A DNA stretch of 64,000 nucleotides. Origin: a virus. The stretch spans positions 1-64,000 of the IMG/VR virus record IMGVR_UViG_3300002835_006866; one strand, written 5' to 3'. The position numbers and the translations under genes were made by a program. Below are positions 55,150-64,000 of this stretch, in pieces. How positions within the stretch are numbered: the first letter of the stretch is position 1; the number at the start of each line of letters is the position of its first letter. The notes under the pieces are model-generated. The model was not told the origin of the DNA. It saw nothing but the letters and a program-made list of their open reading frames with translations, and made no database searches.

Positions 55150-56211
55150 ATGAGTTTACTTGAAAAGATTAAAAAGAATTCTACAATCAAAGATAGTTCT
55201 ATTCTATCTAAATCAAAGTTGTTTACAGAAAAAGATATGATTCCAACTGCCATTCCTATGGTGAATGTTGCTTTGTCAGGAAGATTGGATGGTGGTCTTA
55301 CTCCTGGTTTAACAATGTGGGCAGGTCCCTCTAAACACTTTAAGACAGCCTTCTCTTTGTTGATGGCTAAGTCCTATATGGACAAGTATGATGAATCTGT
55401 TTTGTTGTTTTATGATTCCGAATTTGGAACTCCACAGTCATACTTTGATACCTTTGGTATTGACACTGACAGAGTGATTCATTCACCAATTACTGATATT
55501 GAACAATTAAAGTTTGATATTATGGCTCAGTTGGAAAATATCAATCGAGGTGATCGTGTTATCATTGTCATTGATTCGATTGGTAATCTCGCATCAAAGA
55601 AAGAAGTTGAAGATGCTCTTGAACAGAAGTCTGTTGCTGATATGTCACGAGCAAAACAAGTAAAAAGTTTATTCCGCATGATTACACCACATTTAAATCT
55701 AAAAGATATTCCTATGGTTGTGGTGAATCACACTTATAAAGAAATCGGAATGTTTCCTAAAGATATCGTTGGTGGTGGAACAGGTTCTTACTATTCTGCT
55801 GACAATATCTTCATTTTAGGTCGTCAACAAGAAAAAGAAGGATCAGAAATTGTTGGATACAATTTCATCATTAACGTAGAGAAATCAAGATATGTTCGAG
55901 AAAAATCTAAAATACCTGTTACTGTATCTTTTGATGGTGGTATTAACAAGTGGTCTGGCCTTATGGATATCGCTCTCGAAGGCAATTTTGTAACCAAACC
56001 AAGTAATGGTTGGTATGCTAAAGTTGACCAGGAGACTGGTGAAGTCTTAGATAAGAAACGCTTTGCTGATACACAAACAGAAGAATTTTGGAGAGATATT
56101 TTAGAAAATAATTCATTCAAAGACTATGTGAAGAAAAGATATGAAATCACTTATAGCAGTATTATGGGACAAGATGACATTTTGGAAGAAGTCGAAGAAA
56201 ATGAAGCTTGA
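55150..56211 (+). CDS. uvsX: RecA-like recombinase UvsX
   Basis: AGPSKHFKT, FYDSEFG, DSIGNLASKKE, GGG.G..YSAD. Confidence 0.96.
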   Translation: MSLLEKIKKNSTIKDSSILSKSKLFTEKDMIPTAIPMVNVALSGRLDGGLTPGLTMWAGPSKHFKTAFSLLMAKSYMDKYDESVLLFYDSEFGTPQSYFDTFGIDTDRVIHSPITDIEQLKFDIMAQLENINRGDRVIIVIDSIGNLASKKEVEDALEQKSVADMSRAKQVKSLFRMITPHLNLKDIPMVVVNHTYKEIGMFPKDIVGGGTGSYYSADNIFILGRQQEKEGSEIVGYNFIINVEKSRYVREKSKIPVTVSFDGGINKWSGLMDIALEGNFVTKPSNGWYAKVDQETGEVLDKKRFADTQTEEFWRDILENNSFKDYVKKRYEITYSSIMGQDDILEEVEENEA

Positions 56212-56518
56212 AGAAGATATTGATTATAAATTCATAAACTTCAGTCATACCGAAGTTATTGGTATAGAGTTGTTAATGGAAGAATATCAAGGTACAATGT
56301 ACCATTACCATAAAGTTGGTGCAGTTGAAGATGAAGGTGTAGCTAAACTTAGATTCAGTTATGTCATCATCACTCCTGGAAAACATGAGATGCAGGCCTT
56401 GTTAGAAGATGAAAATTTTCATACAATAATGGGGGATATTCTCAGTAAAATTATTTTGGATTATAAACAACATGAATCGACTGGAACAAACGATACTGAA
56501 GAATTTGATATACAATGA
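56201..56518 (+). CDS. Hypothetical protein at the gp40 (head vertex chaperone) position
   Basis: Between uvsX and gp41; Y.Y.KV...E....L.F.Y, F...MGDIL; start set at ATG 56201. Confidence 0.55.
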   Translation: MKLEEDIDYKFINFSHTEVIGIELLMEEYQGTMYHYHKVGAVEDEGVAKLRFSYVIITPGKHEMQALLEDENFHTIMGDILSKIILDYKQHESTGTNDTEEFDIQ

Positions 56519-57875
56519 GGCCTATACCAGAAAAGTATTACCATTCATAAGATCAGATTATTTTTCAGACAACACAGAAAAAATTGTATTCAAAGAAGTT
56601 TTTGATTTTGTAAACAAGTATAAAAATCTTCCAACATACGAATCCCTTGTAATCAATTTTACCGAAAGTAAAACTCTTACTGGCGACCAGGTCAAAGGAT
56701 CAATAGACTTACTAAAAGAACTCCACTCTAATCGAGAAGAAAAAGTCGAAGAAAAATGGCTTATTGAACAAACTGAAAAATTTTGTCAAGATAAAGCCAT
56801 TTACAATGCTATCATGGAATCTGTCCAGATTCTTGATGATAGAAACAAAGGTAAAACAAAAGGAGAAATTCCAAAACTTCTGAGTGATGCCCTTGGCGTT
56901 TCTTTTGACCAACACATCGGTCATGATTACATGAATGACTACGATTCACGATATGATTTTTATCATAAAGTAGAAGCTAAAGTTCCATTCGATCTCGATA
57001 TATTCAATAAAATTACAAAGGGTGGCTTACCGGTCAAAACTTTGAACATTGCTTTGGCTGGCACAGGCGTTGGTAAATCTTTATTCATGTGTCATGTGGC
57101 CGCATCTTGTTTATCTCAGGGTAAAAATGTTTTATATATTACTCTTGAAATGGCCGAAGAAAGAATTGCTGAAAGAATTGATGCAAATCTTTTAAATATT
57201 GATTTGAATGAACTGAGAACAATCAGTAAAACAGACTACGACAAAAAGTTTCAAGTATTAAGAAACAAGGCAAATGGCAAATTAATCATCAAAGAATATC
57301 CAACTGCTTCTGCCTCTGCTCTACATTTCAGGGCTTTGCTTAATGAATTGGCTCTGAAAAAGAATTTTACTCCAGAAATTATCTTCATTGATTATTTGAA
57401 CATCTGTTCATCTTCTAGAATAAAACCTGGCGGAAGTGTAAACTCTTACACATATGTAAAATCTATTGCTGAAGAGCTTCGTGGCTTGGCAGTTGAATTC
57501 AATGTGCCAATTGTATCTGCAACACAAACCACAAGAAGTGGTTTTACAAACTCTGATCCAGGTCTTGAAGATACTTCAGAATCTTTTGGTTTGCCTGCAA
57601 CTGCTGACTTTATGTTTGCTTTGATTACAAATGAAGAGTTGCAACAATTGAATCAAATTATGGTAAAACAATTGAAAAATCGTTATTCTGACCCAAATGA
57701 TTATAAAAGATTTGTTGTGGGGGTTGACAGGGCTAAAATGAGACTGTATGATACGGAGCCTGATGCACAAAATGGAATTACAGATTCGGGGCAACCTGAT
57801 GATACGCCTCCGTTGAATACATTTGGTAATCGTGAACGTAAATTTAATAAAAATTTTGGTGGTCTAAAAGTATGA
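56472..57875 (+). CDS. gp41: Replicative helicase gp41
   Basis: AGTGVGKS, LEMAEE.I..RIDAN, IKEYPT, DYLNI, SATQT.R, SESFGLP.TAD, QLKNRY. Confidence 0.96.
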   Translation: MNRLEQTILKNLIYNEAYTRKVLPFIRSDYFSDNTEKIVFKEVFDFVNKYKNLPTYESLVINFTESKTLTGDQVKGSIDLLKELHSNREEKVEEKWLIEQTEKFCQDKAIYNAIMESVQILDDRNKGKTKGEIPKLLSDALGVSFDQHIGHDYMNDYDSRYDFYHKVEAKVPFDLDIFNKITKGGLPVKTLNIALAGTGVGKSLFMCHVAASCLSQGKNVLYITLEMAEERIAERIDANLLNIDLNELRTISKTDYDKKFQVLRNKANGKLIIKEYPTASASALHFRALLNELALKKNFTPEIIFIDYLNICSSSRIKPGGSVNSYTYVKSIAEELRGLAVEFNVPIVSATQTTRSGFTNSDPGLEDTSESFGLPATADFMFALITNEELQQLNQIMVKQLKNRYSDPNDYKRFVVGVDRAKMRLYDTEPDAQNGITDSGQPDDTPPLNTFGNRERKFNKNFGGLKV

Positions 57876-58987
57876 GTTTGACTAAGGAACAGGCAGTTTA
57901 CTGTGCAAATGTTTTTTCAAACTATTTCGATAAGTTTTCGAGAATAGATGAGTACATGAGAGAACAGAAAAAGGCTTCTATGGCAGAGAGGCCTTTTGTT
58001 TTGCCTGGTATGGGACCAGAAGAAGATTTGTTTTCCGATTTTTCTGTTTCGCCAGAGAAAATGAATTTCGAAATTGTAGAACTGCCTCAAGAGAGATGGG
58101 ACATTTATTTGAATATGATTTCTTCACATTCAAACATGACCAATATTCCCGGTCGATCCCTCAGATTGGCAGTCTTAGAAACTACAACGAACAAGTGGTG
58201 TGGTTTTATTCGTCTTGGTTCTCCTGTAATTAACTGTAAACCAAGAAATGAGATGTTGGGTCAAGTGTTCACACAAGTCGATGGTGGTGCTCAAAGATTC
58301 AATCAATGTGCTATGATGGGTTTTGTGATTGTACCCGCACAGCCTTTTGGATTTAATTATCTTGGTGGTAAATTGATGGCATCTATTTGCACGACACATG
58401 AAGTTCGTGAAATGCTAAATAAAAAATACAATATGACCACATGTTTGTTTGAAACGACTAGTCTGTATGGTTCTACTAAGGCCGTATCACAGTATGATGG
58501 CATGAAACCTTATATTCGTTATAAAGGTTTGACCGACAGTGATTTTCTTCCCATGTTACATGGTAAAACTTATACAGACCTAAAAGAGTATATTGAAAAT
58601 ATAATTGGTGAGCCATTGGCACCAGAAAGTGCCTCTAGTAGAAAACTGAAAATATCTAATGCAATCGTTTCACATATCAATGTTGCTCTGAAGGGAACAC
58701 CAGAGGGTGCTAAGTTTAAACAGACGATTGAAAATGCCAAAAATCTAAACGAACAAAAGAGATATTATGTTTCAGATTATGGATTCAGTAACATGATTGA
58801 CTTTGTGAATGGTAAATCGAATACCTTGACTAAAGGTGAAAACTATGATAAATTCTATCTGAAGAATGTGATTGAATGGTGGAGAAAAAAGGCCACGACA
58901 AGATACGAAAATCTCAAAACGGAGAATCGTCTGAGAAATGATATTGAAGTCTGGACTGGCGACACTGAACTAGACATTATACGATAG
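57872..58987 (+). CDS. DUF4338/DruA-like protein, copy 2
   Basis: PGR.L...V.E..T.K..GFI, VPAQPFGFNYLGGKL, ETTSLYG, SQYDG. Confidence 0.65.
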   Translation: MSLTKEQAVYCANVFSNYFDKFSRIDEYMREQKKASMAERPFVLPGMGPEEDLFSDFSVSPEKMNFEIVELPQERWDIYLNMISSHSNMTNIPGRSLRLAVLETTTNKWCGFIRLGSPVINCKPRNEMLGQVFTQVDGGAQRFNQCAMMGFVIVPAQPFGFNYLGGKLMASICTTHEVREMLNKKYNMTTCLFETTSLYGSTKAVSQYDGMKPYIRYKGLTDSDFLPMLHGKTYTDLKEYIENIIGEPLAPESASSRKLKISNAIVSHINVALKGTPEGAKFKQTIENAKNLNEQKRYYVSDYGFSNMIDFVNGKSNTLTKGENYDKFYLKNVIEWWRKKATTRYENLKTENRLRNDIEVWTGDTELDIIR

Positions 58988-58988
58988 G

Positions 58989-58996
58989 CATAAATA
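58989..58996 (+). promoter_or_regulatory. Late promoter variant CATAAATA
   Basis: Intergenic, one mismatch to TATAAATA, followed by AGGAG SD. Confidence 0.6.
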
Positions 58997-59019
58997 CATA
59001 AAACTCTTTAGGAGACTTC

Positions 59020-59748
59020 ATGAGTGTTGCTTCAGATAAATTCGAACAAGATGTAGCAAAGTCTATCAATAAACTTCCGGGAATAAAAGCCACTAGGCCA
59101 AAAGTAAGTACAGAATACTCGGATGTAAAAGTTGAATATAAAAACATAAAAACTTGGGTGGAAGTTAAAATGTCACATACTGACAATCTTTCTAACCCAA
59201 GAGTTTATTATGAGGGTGGTAAATGGAAAACTACGTATAAAACACCCACAGCCAAAGCTGCTGTAGATATCTTAAATAAGTCTGCACAGGCCAAGGCCTT
59301 TATAAAAGCTATTTCTAAATTTTCTGGCATTCCGGAAAAACAGATAAAAATTCCAACTACAAAATCCGGACTCAAAGAGCCTGGTGCTGTACCACTTCAT
59401 GTTATGAAGTCTTATTTTGATCAGCCAAGTATTAACCGTTATATTGCTAATGATGAAAATAGAGACTTAGGACAATTGGTGACGGAGCATTACACAGAAG
59501 GTAAAGCTGAGCCTGCATACTACATGCAAGCAGGAGATGATTTCTATTTAATCTCAAAAACAAATCCTCTGAAGTTAACGGGTGTTCCTCTTTTAAGTGG
59601 TTCTGGTGATTTTAAAGTTCGTGTAGCGACCCGCTCTGAGTTTTATGAAGTTCAAGCAGAAATTAAAATTAAAAAAATGCCAAACAGTAAATACTCTGTA
59701 GCACCAGGCACAAAGAAAACAAATCCATTCATGAACATGAAAAAATGA
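59020..59748 (+). CDS. Basic hypothetical protein with PD-(D/E)XK-like motif
   Basis: FEQ.V ... SDV.V.......VEVK. Confidence 0.5.
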   Translation: MSVASDKFEQDVAKSINKLPGIKATRPKVSTEYSDVKVEYKNIKTWVEVKMSHTDNLSNPRVYYEGGKWKTTYKTPTAKAAVDILNKSAQAKAFIKAISKFSGIPEKQIKIPTTKSGLKEPGAVPLHVMKSYFDQPSINRYIANDENRDLGQLVTEHYTEGKAEPAYYMQAGDDFYLISKTNPLKLTGVPLLSGSGDFKVRVATRSEFYEVQAEIKIKKMPNSKYSVAPGTKKTNPFMNMKK

Positions 59749-60974
59749 AATTCACAGAATTTTTAAAAGAAGGAAAAGAAGGTAAAAACCTGCATCTGGA
59801 ACATCTCGAAGATGAGGTTCTCAATGGCGGTGTTGTTGGTGCCAGAAGTGCTATAAACTTTCTACAATCTCTACGTGACATGTTAGCAGGAAAATCCTCA
59901 ACTAAAATAAATGTCACAACAAAATGGGATGGATCACCAGCCATATTTGCAGGAGTTAATCCCGAAAATGGTAAATTTTTTGTTGGCACAAAAGGTGTGT
60001 TTGCTAAAAACGCCAAACTAAACTACACTGAAGAAGATATCGATAACAACCATCCTGCTGAAGGATTGAATCATAAACTCAAAGTTGCTTTAAGATATTT
60101 ACCCAAACTAGGAATAAAAGGTGTTCTTCAAGGTGATATGCTTTTCACCAAAGGTGACATAAAGAAACAAAATATTGATGGCATGCAATATGCTATTTTT
60201 CAGCCAAATACAATTGTTTATGCAGTACCTTTCGATTCACCTTTGGCTTTTAAAATGATGACAGCACAATTAGGAGTTGTCTTTCATACTTCATACACTG
60301 GTAAAACCATGGAAGATATGAAGGCATCTTTTAACATTGATATTGGTCATCTAACGCATACAAAAGATGTTTGGTTCAGAGATGCTACATTTACTGATGC
60401 ATCTGGTATGGCATCTTTTACCGAAAAAGAAACTGAAGATTTAACAAAAATATTATCTTCAGCAGGCAAAACATTTAACACAATAAATTCTTTGACATTA
60501 AATCGAATTGCTACAAGTGATGTGTTTAAAAATTACATCAAAACATTTAATAATGCAAAGATAAGAGCCGGTTCACAAATCAAAGACCCGAGAGCTCATA
60601 CTTTAGAGTTAATTCGTTATGTAGAAGATAAATTAAACAAAGAAGTTTTATCTGCAAAAAAAGAAGATACACGAAAGAAAAGAATCAAAGAAAAAACGGA
60701 TGTCATGAGATTTTTCAGAGGTTCTGCTTCCGATTTAATTCAGATATTTACACTAATGAATCTTTTAGTTGACTCTAAAAATAGAATCATTAAAAAACTT
60801 CAAGAGATGAAACAAGTAACACACACTTTCTTGAGAACAGAAAATGGTTTTAAAGTAACCGATCCAGAAGGATTTGTTGCTGTATCAACAATAACTGGTG
60901 GTGCTGTTAAACTTGTCGATAGACTAGAGTTTAGTCAGGCCAATTTTAATGCAGCAAAGGCATGGGACAAATAA
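59745..60974 (+). CDS. Conserved T4-like protein with ligase-type nucleotidyltransferase motifs
   Basis: TTKWDG (KxDG), QGD, PEGFV, AVKLV; N-terminus MKFTEFLKE. Confidence 0.6.
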   Translation: MKFTEFLKEGKEGKNLHLEHLEDEVLNGGVVGARSAINFLQSLRDMLAGKSSTKINVTTKWDGSPAIFAGVNPENGKFFVGTKGVFAKNAKLNYTEEDIDNNHPAEGLNHKLKVALRYLPKLGIKGVLQGDMLFTKGDIKKQNIDGMQYAIFQPNTIVYAVPFDSPLAFKMMTAQLGVVFHTSYTGKTMEDMKASFNIDIGHLTHTKDVWFRDATFTDASGMASFTEKETEDLTKILSSAGKTFNTINSLTLNRIATSDVFKNYIKTFNNAKIRAGSQIKDPRAHTLELIRYVEDKLNKEVLSAKKEDTRKKRIKEKTDVMRFFRGSASDLIQIFTLMNLLVDSKNRIIKKLQEMKQVTHTFLRTENGFKVTDPEGFVAVSTITGGAVKLVDRLEFSQANFNAAKAWDK

Positions 60975-61253
60975 ATGGAAAAGAAATTTGATCTAACGGC
61001 CATCTTGGCTGAATACGACGAAGATGATTTTGGTTTTACCGCCATCGACGAAGAAGAGTATACTTCAGTAATTGCGGAAAAAGAAGAGACTGTGGAAGAA
61101 TACAAAGAAAGACTAGTACAAGTTGAAAAACTTATTCTTCCGTTTTTAACCAAACTTCTCAAAACTGCGGATCAGCCAATCATCAAATGGCCAAACAGAA
61201 GGCCAATTCTTGAAGCACAGATTCAGAAGATTCTAAATTTGACAAGAGGTTAA
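60975..61253 (+). CDS. Small hypothetical protein
   Basis: DDFGFT acidic N-terminus, PFL.KL...I.WPNR. Confidence 0.65.
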   Translation: MEKKFDLTAILAEYDEDDFGFTAIDEEEYTSVIAEKEETVEEYKERLVQVEKLILPFLTKLLKTADQPIIKWPNRRPILEAQIQKILNLTRG

Positions 61254-61255
61254 AA

Positions 61256-61579
61256 TTGGTAGAAATAACTTCTGGTGCTGCGAAAAAAATTAAATCTGTA
61301 ATCGACGAAGAAAATCCAGATTTAAAGTTAAGAATATTTGTTCAGGGTGGAGGCTGCTCAGGATTTCAGTATGGGTTTTCAATAGAAGAATTACCCCCAG
61401 AACATGATGACTTTGTATTTGAAAAAGATGGTGTTGGTGTTATCATAGATAGTATGAGTATGCAGTATTTGAATGAAGCTGTAATCGATTATGAAGAAAC
61501 GCTTATGGGATCCAATTTTAGTATTAAAAATCCTAACGTAACCGCAACTTGTGGTTGTGGTTCTTCATTTACAATCTAA
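61256..61579 (+). CDS. erpA: Fe-S cluster insertion protein ErpA/IscA (HesB family)
   Basis: [26 protein letters not shown]...TCGCGSSF. Confidence 0.92.
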   Translation: MVEITSGAAKKIKSVIDEENPDLKLRIFVQGGGCSGFQYGFSIEELPPEHDDFVFEKDGVGVIIDSMSMQYLNEAVIDYEETLMGSNFSIKNPNVTATCGCGSSFTI

Positions 61580-61580
61580 C

Positions 61581-61751
61581 ATGATAAGAATACCTAGACC
61601 CAAAAAAGAAATTAGGCAAAATATAAAGCCTGATATTCTACCAAAATCTGGTGCAGGCCAATGGGGCACCAAAGAATTGGCAGACACTTATAGAAAAGAT
61701 ACACCTGGACAAAGTATAACTAAATTCAAAGACTACAAGACAACTAAGTAA
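61581..61751 (+). CDS. Small basic hypothetical protein (56 aa)
   Basis: ATG right after the erpA stop; GAGQWGT.EL...Y.KDTPGQ. Confidence 0.5.
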   Translation: MIRIPRPKKEIRQNIKPDILPKSGAGQWGTKELADTYRKDTPGQSITKFKDYKTTK

Positions 61752-61768
61752 TATAATGGAGATTTGTT

Positions 61769-62602
61769 ATGAAAGATTTGATTATTGGTGCCAGTACCAA
61801 TTACGATTGGCCTAAACTAAAATACTGGATAAACTCCATCAACCAATCTGGTTTTGATGGCGATAAAGTTCTTATTCTGATGAACTGTGATGCTGACACA
61901 GTGAAAAAGGTCAGCGAAGCAGGATTTAAAATCATCGGTTTCAATCAAGACAACGAAGGCAATCTTCGTTACGAATCAAAAATTCCTGTTCATGTTGAAA
62001 GATTTGGCCACATTTATGAGTATCTAAGAAATAATGACTATCGTTATGTGATAACAACGGATGTTAAAGATGTTATCTTTCAACAAAATCCAATTGATTG
62101 GTTAGAAGCCAATCTCATTTCAAAACATTTAGTTTTTTCATCTGAAAGTATGCTTTACAAGGATGAACCATGGGGTAATCAGAATCTATATGAGACATAC
62201 GGTGATTATATACACAGTATTTTTAAGCATAATGAAATTTTTAATGTTGGCGTTCTTGCTGGTCACGGCTTTGCGATACGTGATTTAGCAATAAACATTT
62301 TCTCTACTGCCATAAACAGACCTATACCAATTTGTGACCAATCTACATTTAACTTTTTAATCTCAATGCATCCATATAAAACGACCAGTCAATATTGTAG
62401 GTCAGAAGATGGTTGGGCATGCCAATTAGGTACAACAGTAGATCCATCAAAAGTAGAAAGTTTTAGGCCTTTCTTGTTGGAAGAATCGCCTATATTAAAG
62501 GATGACATTGTAACTACATCAAAAGGAAATCCTTACTACATTGTTCACCAGTACGATAGGGTTCCAGAATGGCGTAAAATTATTGAGGCGAAATATGGCT
62601 AA
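61769..62602 (+). CDS. Putative GT-A glycosyltransferase
   Basis: TDVKDVIFQ.NP, N.GV..G, DQ..FN, IVHQYDR. Confidence 0.6.
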   Translation: MKDLIIGASTNYDWPKLKYWINSINQSGFDGDKVLILMNCDADTVKKVSEAGFKIIGFNQDNEGNLRYESKIPVHVERFGHIYEYLRNNDYRYVITTDVKDVIFQQNPIDWLEANLISKHLVFSSESMLYKDEPWGNQNLYETYGDYIHSIFKHNEIFNVGVLAGHGFAIRDLAINIFSTAINRPIPICDQSTFNFLISMHPYKTTSQYCRSEDGWACQLGTTVDPSKVESFRPFLLEESPILKDDIVTTSKGNPYYIVHQYDRVPEWRKIIEAKYG

Positions 62603-63305
62603 TGCACTTGTTATATCAGGACATCTAAGAACTTTCAGAAACATCTGTGAAGAATTGAAACATTTCATTTCTTTAAATGAACTCGATGTTTATATGTACG
62701 TTTGGGATGAAGGCAATCAAGAAGATATTGATTATGCGGTAAAATATTTAAATCCAGTAAAATGGGCTGCAGAAAGAAATGAAATCTATGCACAGGAATT
62801 TTTAGATGCGGAATCTAGAATCTCTGAAAAAAATCCAAAAGATTTAATTACTCCAGATAGGAATCATGTTACTCTATCAATGCATTTTGCTCGCAGAAAA
62901 GCATTTGAGTTGATCGATAAAGAATATGATAATGTAGTTTTTACCAGATTTGATACGCATTTGTATCCTTTTAAAGTGAGAAATATGGTAGAAACTTATC
63001 CTGATGTTGTGGTCACACCTACAAATGAACAGTACGGAATGGTTTCGGATATTTTTGCCATTATTCCTTGGAAATATGCCAATAACTACTTCTTTTATCC
63101 GAGAGCAGAAAAGATACTTTCTACAAGATTCAGTAAAAAGTATAAAGAATGGCTCTCAGTAAAGTTTTGGTGGGAAAATGGTCAAAGAGATATAAAACTA
63201 CATGATGAGAATCGATATTGTCCTCATATGCTGTGTATGAGAAATTACTTTGAAACAGATACGCCATACATAGTTGTAGATTTACCAGTCATGATTAAAA
63301 GGTGA
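62595..63305 (+). CDS. Putative glycosyltransferase-like protein
   Basis: ALVISGHLRTF, YD.VV.TRFD, SD.FA; start set at ATG 62595. Confidence 0.5.
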   Translation: MANALVISGHLRTFRNICEELKHFISLNELDVYMYVWDEGNQEDIDYAVKYLNPVKWAAERNEIYAQEFLDAESRISEKNPKDLITPDRNHVTLSMHFARRKAFELIDKEYDNVVFTRFDTHLYPFKVRNMVETYPDVVVTPTNEQYGMVSDIFAIIPWKYANNYFFYPRAEKILSTRFSKKYKEWLSVKFWWENGQRDIKLHDENRYCPHMLCMRNYFETDTPYIVVDLPVMIKR

Positions 63306-63308
63306 AAA

Positions 63309-64000
63309 ATGAAAATTGCATTATGTCTATCTGGGCAAGCCAGATGCTTTGACAAAGTATATGAATACGTAAAGAAAAACCTTTTAGATAAACACGATAT
63401 CACTGTTTTTTGCCACGTATGGGATTTCTCTGGTGTTGAAAAGTTAAAAGAACTTTACAAGCCACAAAACATAATTGTGGAACCACCTATTACGCCAGAC
63501 TTATCAAAGTACACTAGAGTTCCACCACCACAACCAAACTGGAAAGTTAAAGATCCAGCTCTTTCAACTTATGCTCAATTTTATTCGCTGAATATGGCAA
63601 ATAAATTGAAGATGCAATATGAGAAAGAAAATAAAATGGTGTTTGATTGGGTCATTCGTTCGAGATATGACTTTACTTTGAATGTAGAAATTCTTTTTGA
63701 AGAATTAGACAATCAAAAACTTTACATACCGAATTGTAGAAGAACACCAGGTCGAGATTTTGGAAATGACCAGTTTGCTTTTTCTTCTTCAAGAAACATG
63801 GACAAATACTGTAATGTTTTTAACCGCATCGATGAGTTTTATGATTTAGGTACAACGATGATCGGTGAAGAGATGATGAGCATGAATTGGAAAACAACTG
63901 GCCTTGTTGGTGAGAACTTAGTTTATTGTGATATGAATCATCCTTTTCCACCAGGTCCACACAATGGAACTTGGCACTCACTAATGAGAGATGATTTTGA
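63309..64000 (+). CDS. Putative glycosyltransferase-like protein, paralogue of upstream gene (3' truncated by window)
   Basis: Not in ORF track. MKIALCLSGQAR...HVW...FDWVIRSRYD...NDQFA; frame runs off the window end. Confidence 0.6.
   Translation, partial: MKIALCLSGQARCFDKVYEYVKKNLLDKHDITVFCHVWDFSGVEKLKELYKPQNIIVEPPITPDLSKYTRVPPPQPNWKVKDPALSTYAQFYSLNMANKLKMQYEKENKMVFDWVIRSRYDFTLNVEILFEELDNQKLYIPNCRRTPGRDFGNDQFAFSSSRNMDKYCNVFNRIDEFYDLGTTMIGEEMMSMNWKTTGLVGENLVYCDMNHPFPPGPHNGTWHSLMRDDF

Noticed and set aside
11093-57875. Introns, inteins or stop-codon reassignment in gp17, gp20, gp23, uvsW, gp46, gp43, uvsX, gp41
   Set aside because: All are continuous, of normal length, and end at standard stops
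1-64000. CRISPR array, rRNA, integrase or transposase
   Set aside because: Intergenic gaps are short, and I saw no repeat-spacer periodicity or such protein motifs

Overview
64 kb of an AT-rich T4-like myophage genome. Every credible gene is on the + strand and uses the standard genetic code. In order: end of a tail-fibre/baseplate region; an AT-rich accessory cassette (ParB/Srx-like protein, two radical SAM-SPASM paralogues, NeuA, 2OG oxygenase, NeuB); the neck/terminase/tail/head block gp13-gp23 with a Dps gene between gp16 and gp17; gp3, uvsY, uvsW; an 8-gene nucleotide-sugar cassette (cupin, B12 radical SAM, PfpI, orphan TPP E1 alpha/beta, HddA-like kinase, ColD-like dehydratase, SDR); gp55, gp47, gp46, peptide deformylase; a DUF4338/DruA-like gene followed by a 63-nt tRNA-like RNA; a VWA + MoxR AAA pair; replisome genes (45, 44, 62, regA, 43, uvsX, 41) mixed with stress genes (Hsp20, rubrerythrin, ErpA); a late nuclease-like + ligase-like pair; and glycosyltransferase-like genes running off the end. 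The rubrerythrin and ErpA sequences suggest a betaproteobacterial host (inference). Strongest unexplained signals read from the sequence: (1) the CCA-ending mini-tRNA with no anticodon loop; (2) a repeated TTGCCWC-N19/20-TAYAMT promoter motif in front of replication genes; (3) an H-type pseudoknot leader on an HTH gene; (4) a ROSE-like thermometer on hsp20; (5) a lone antisense sigma70 promoter; (6) a 4-TM membrane protein carrying the same NSLDSFF peptide as the polymerase clamp-binding tail; (7) a ligase-fold protein with a capsid-targeting-like N-terminus; (8) a possible branched dideoxy-sugar pathway. All family calls come from motif recognition by eye; no database search was run.
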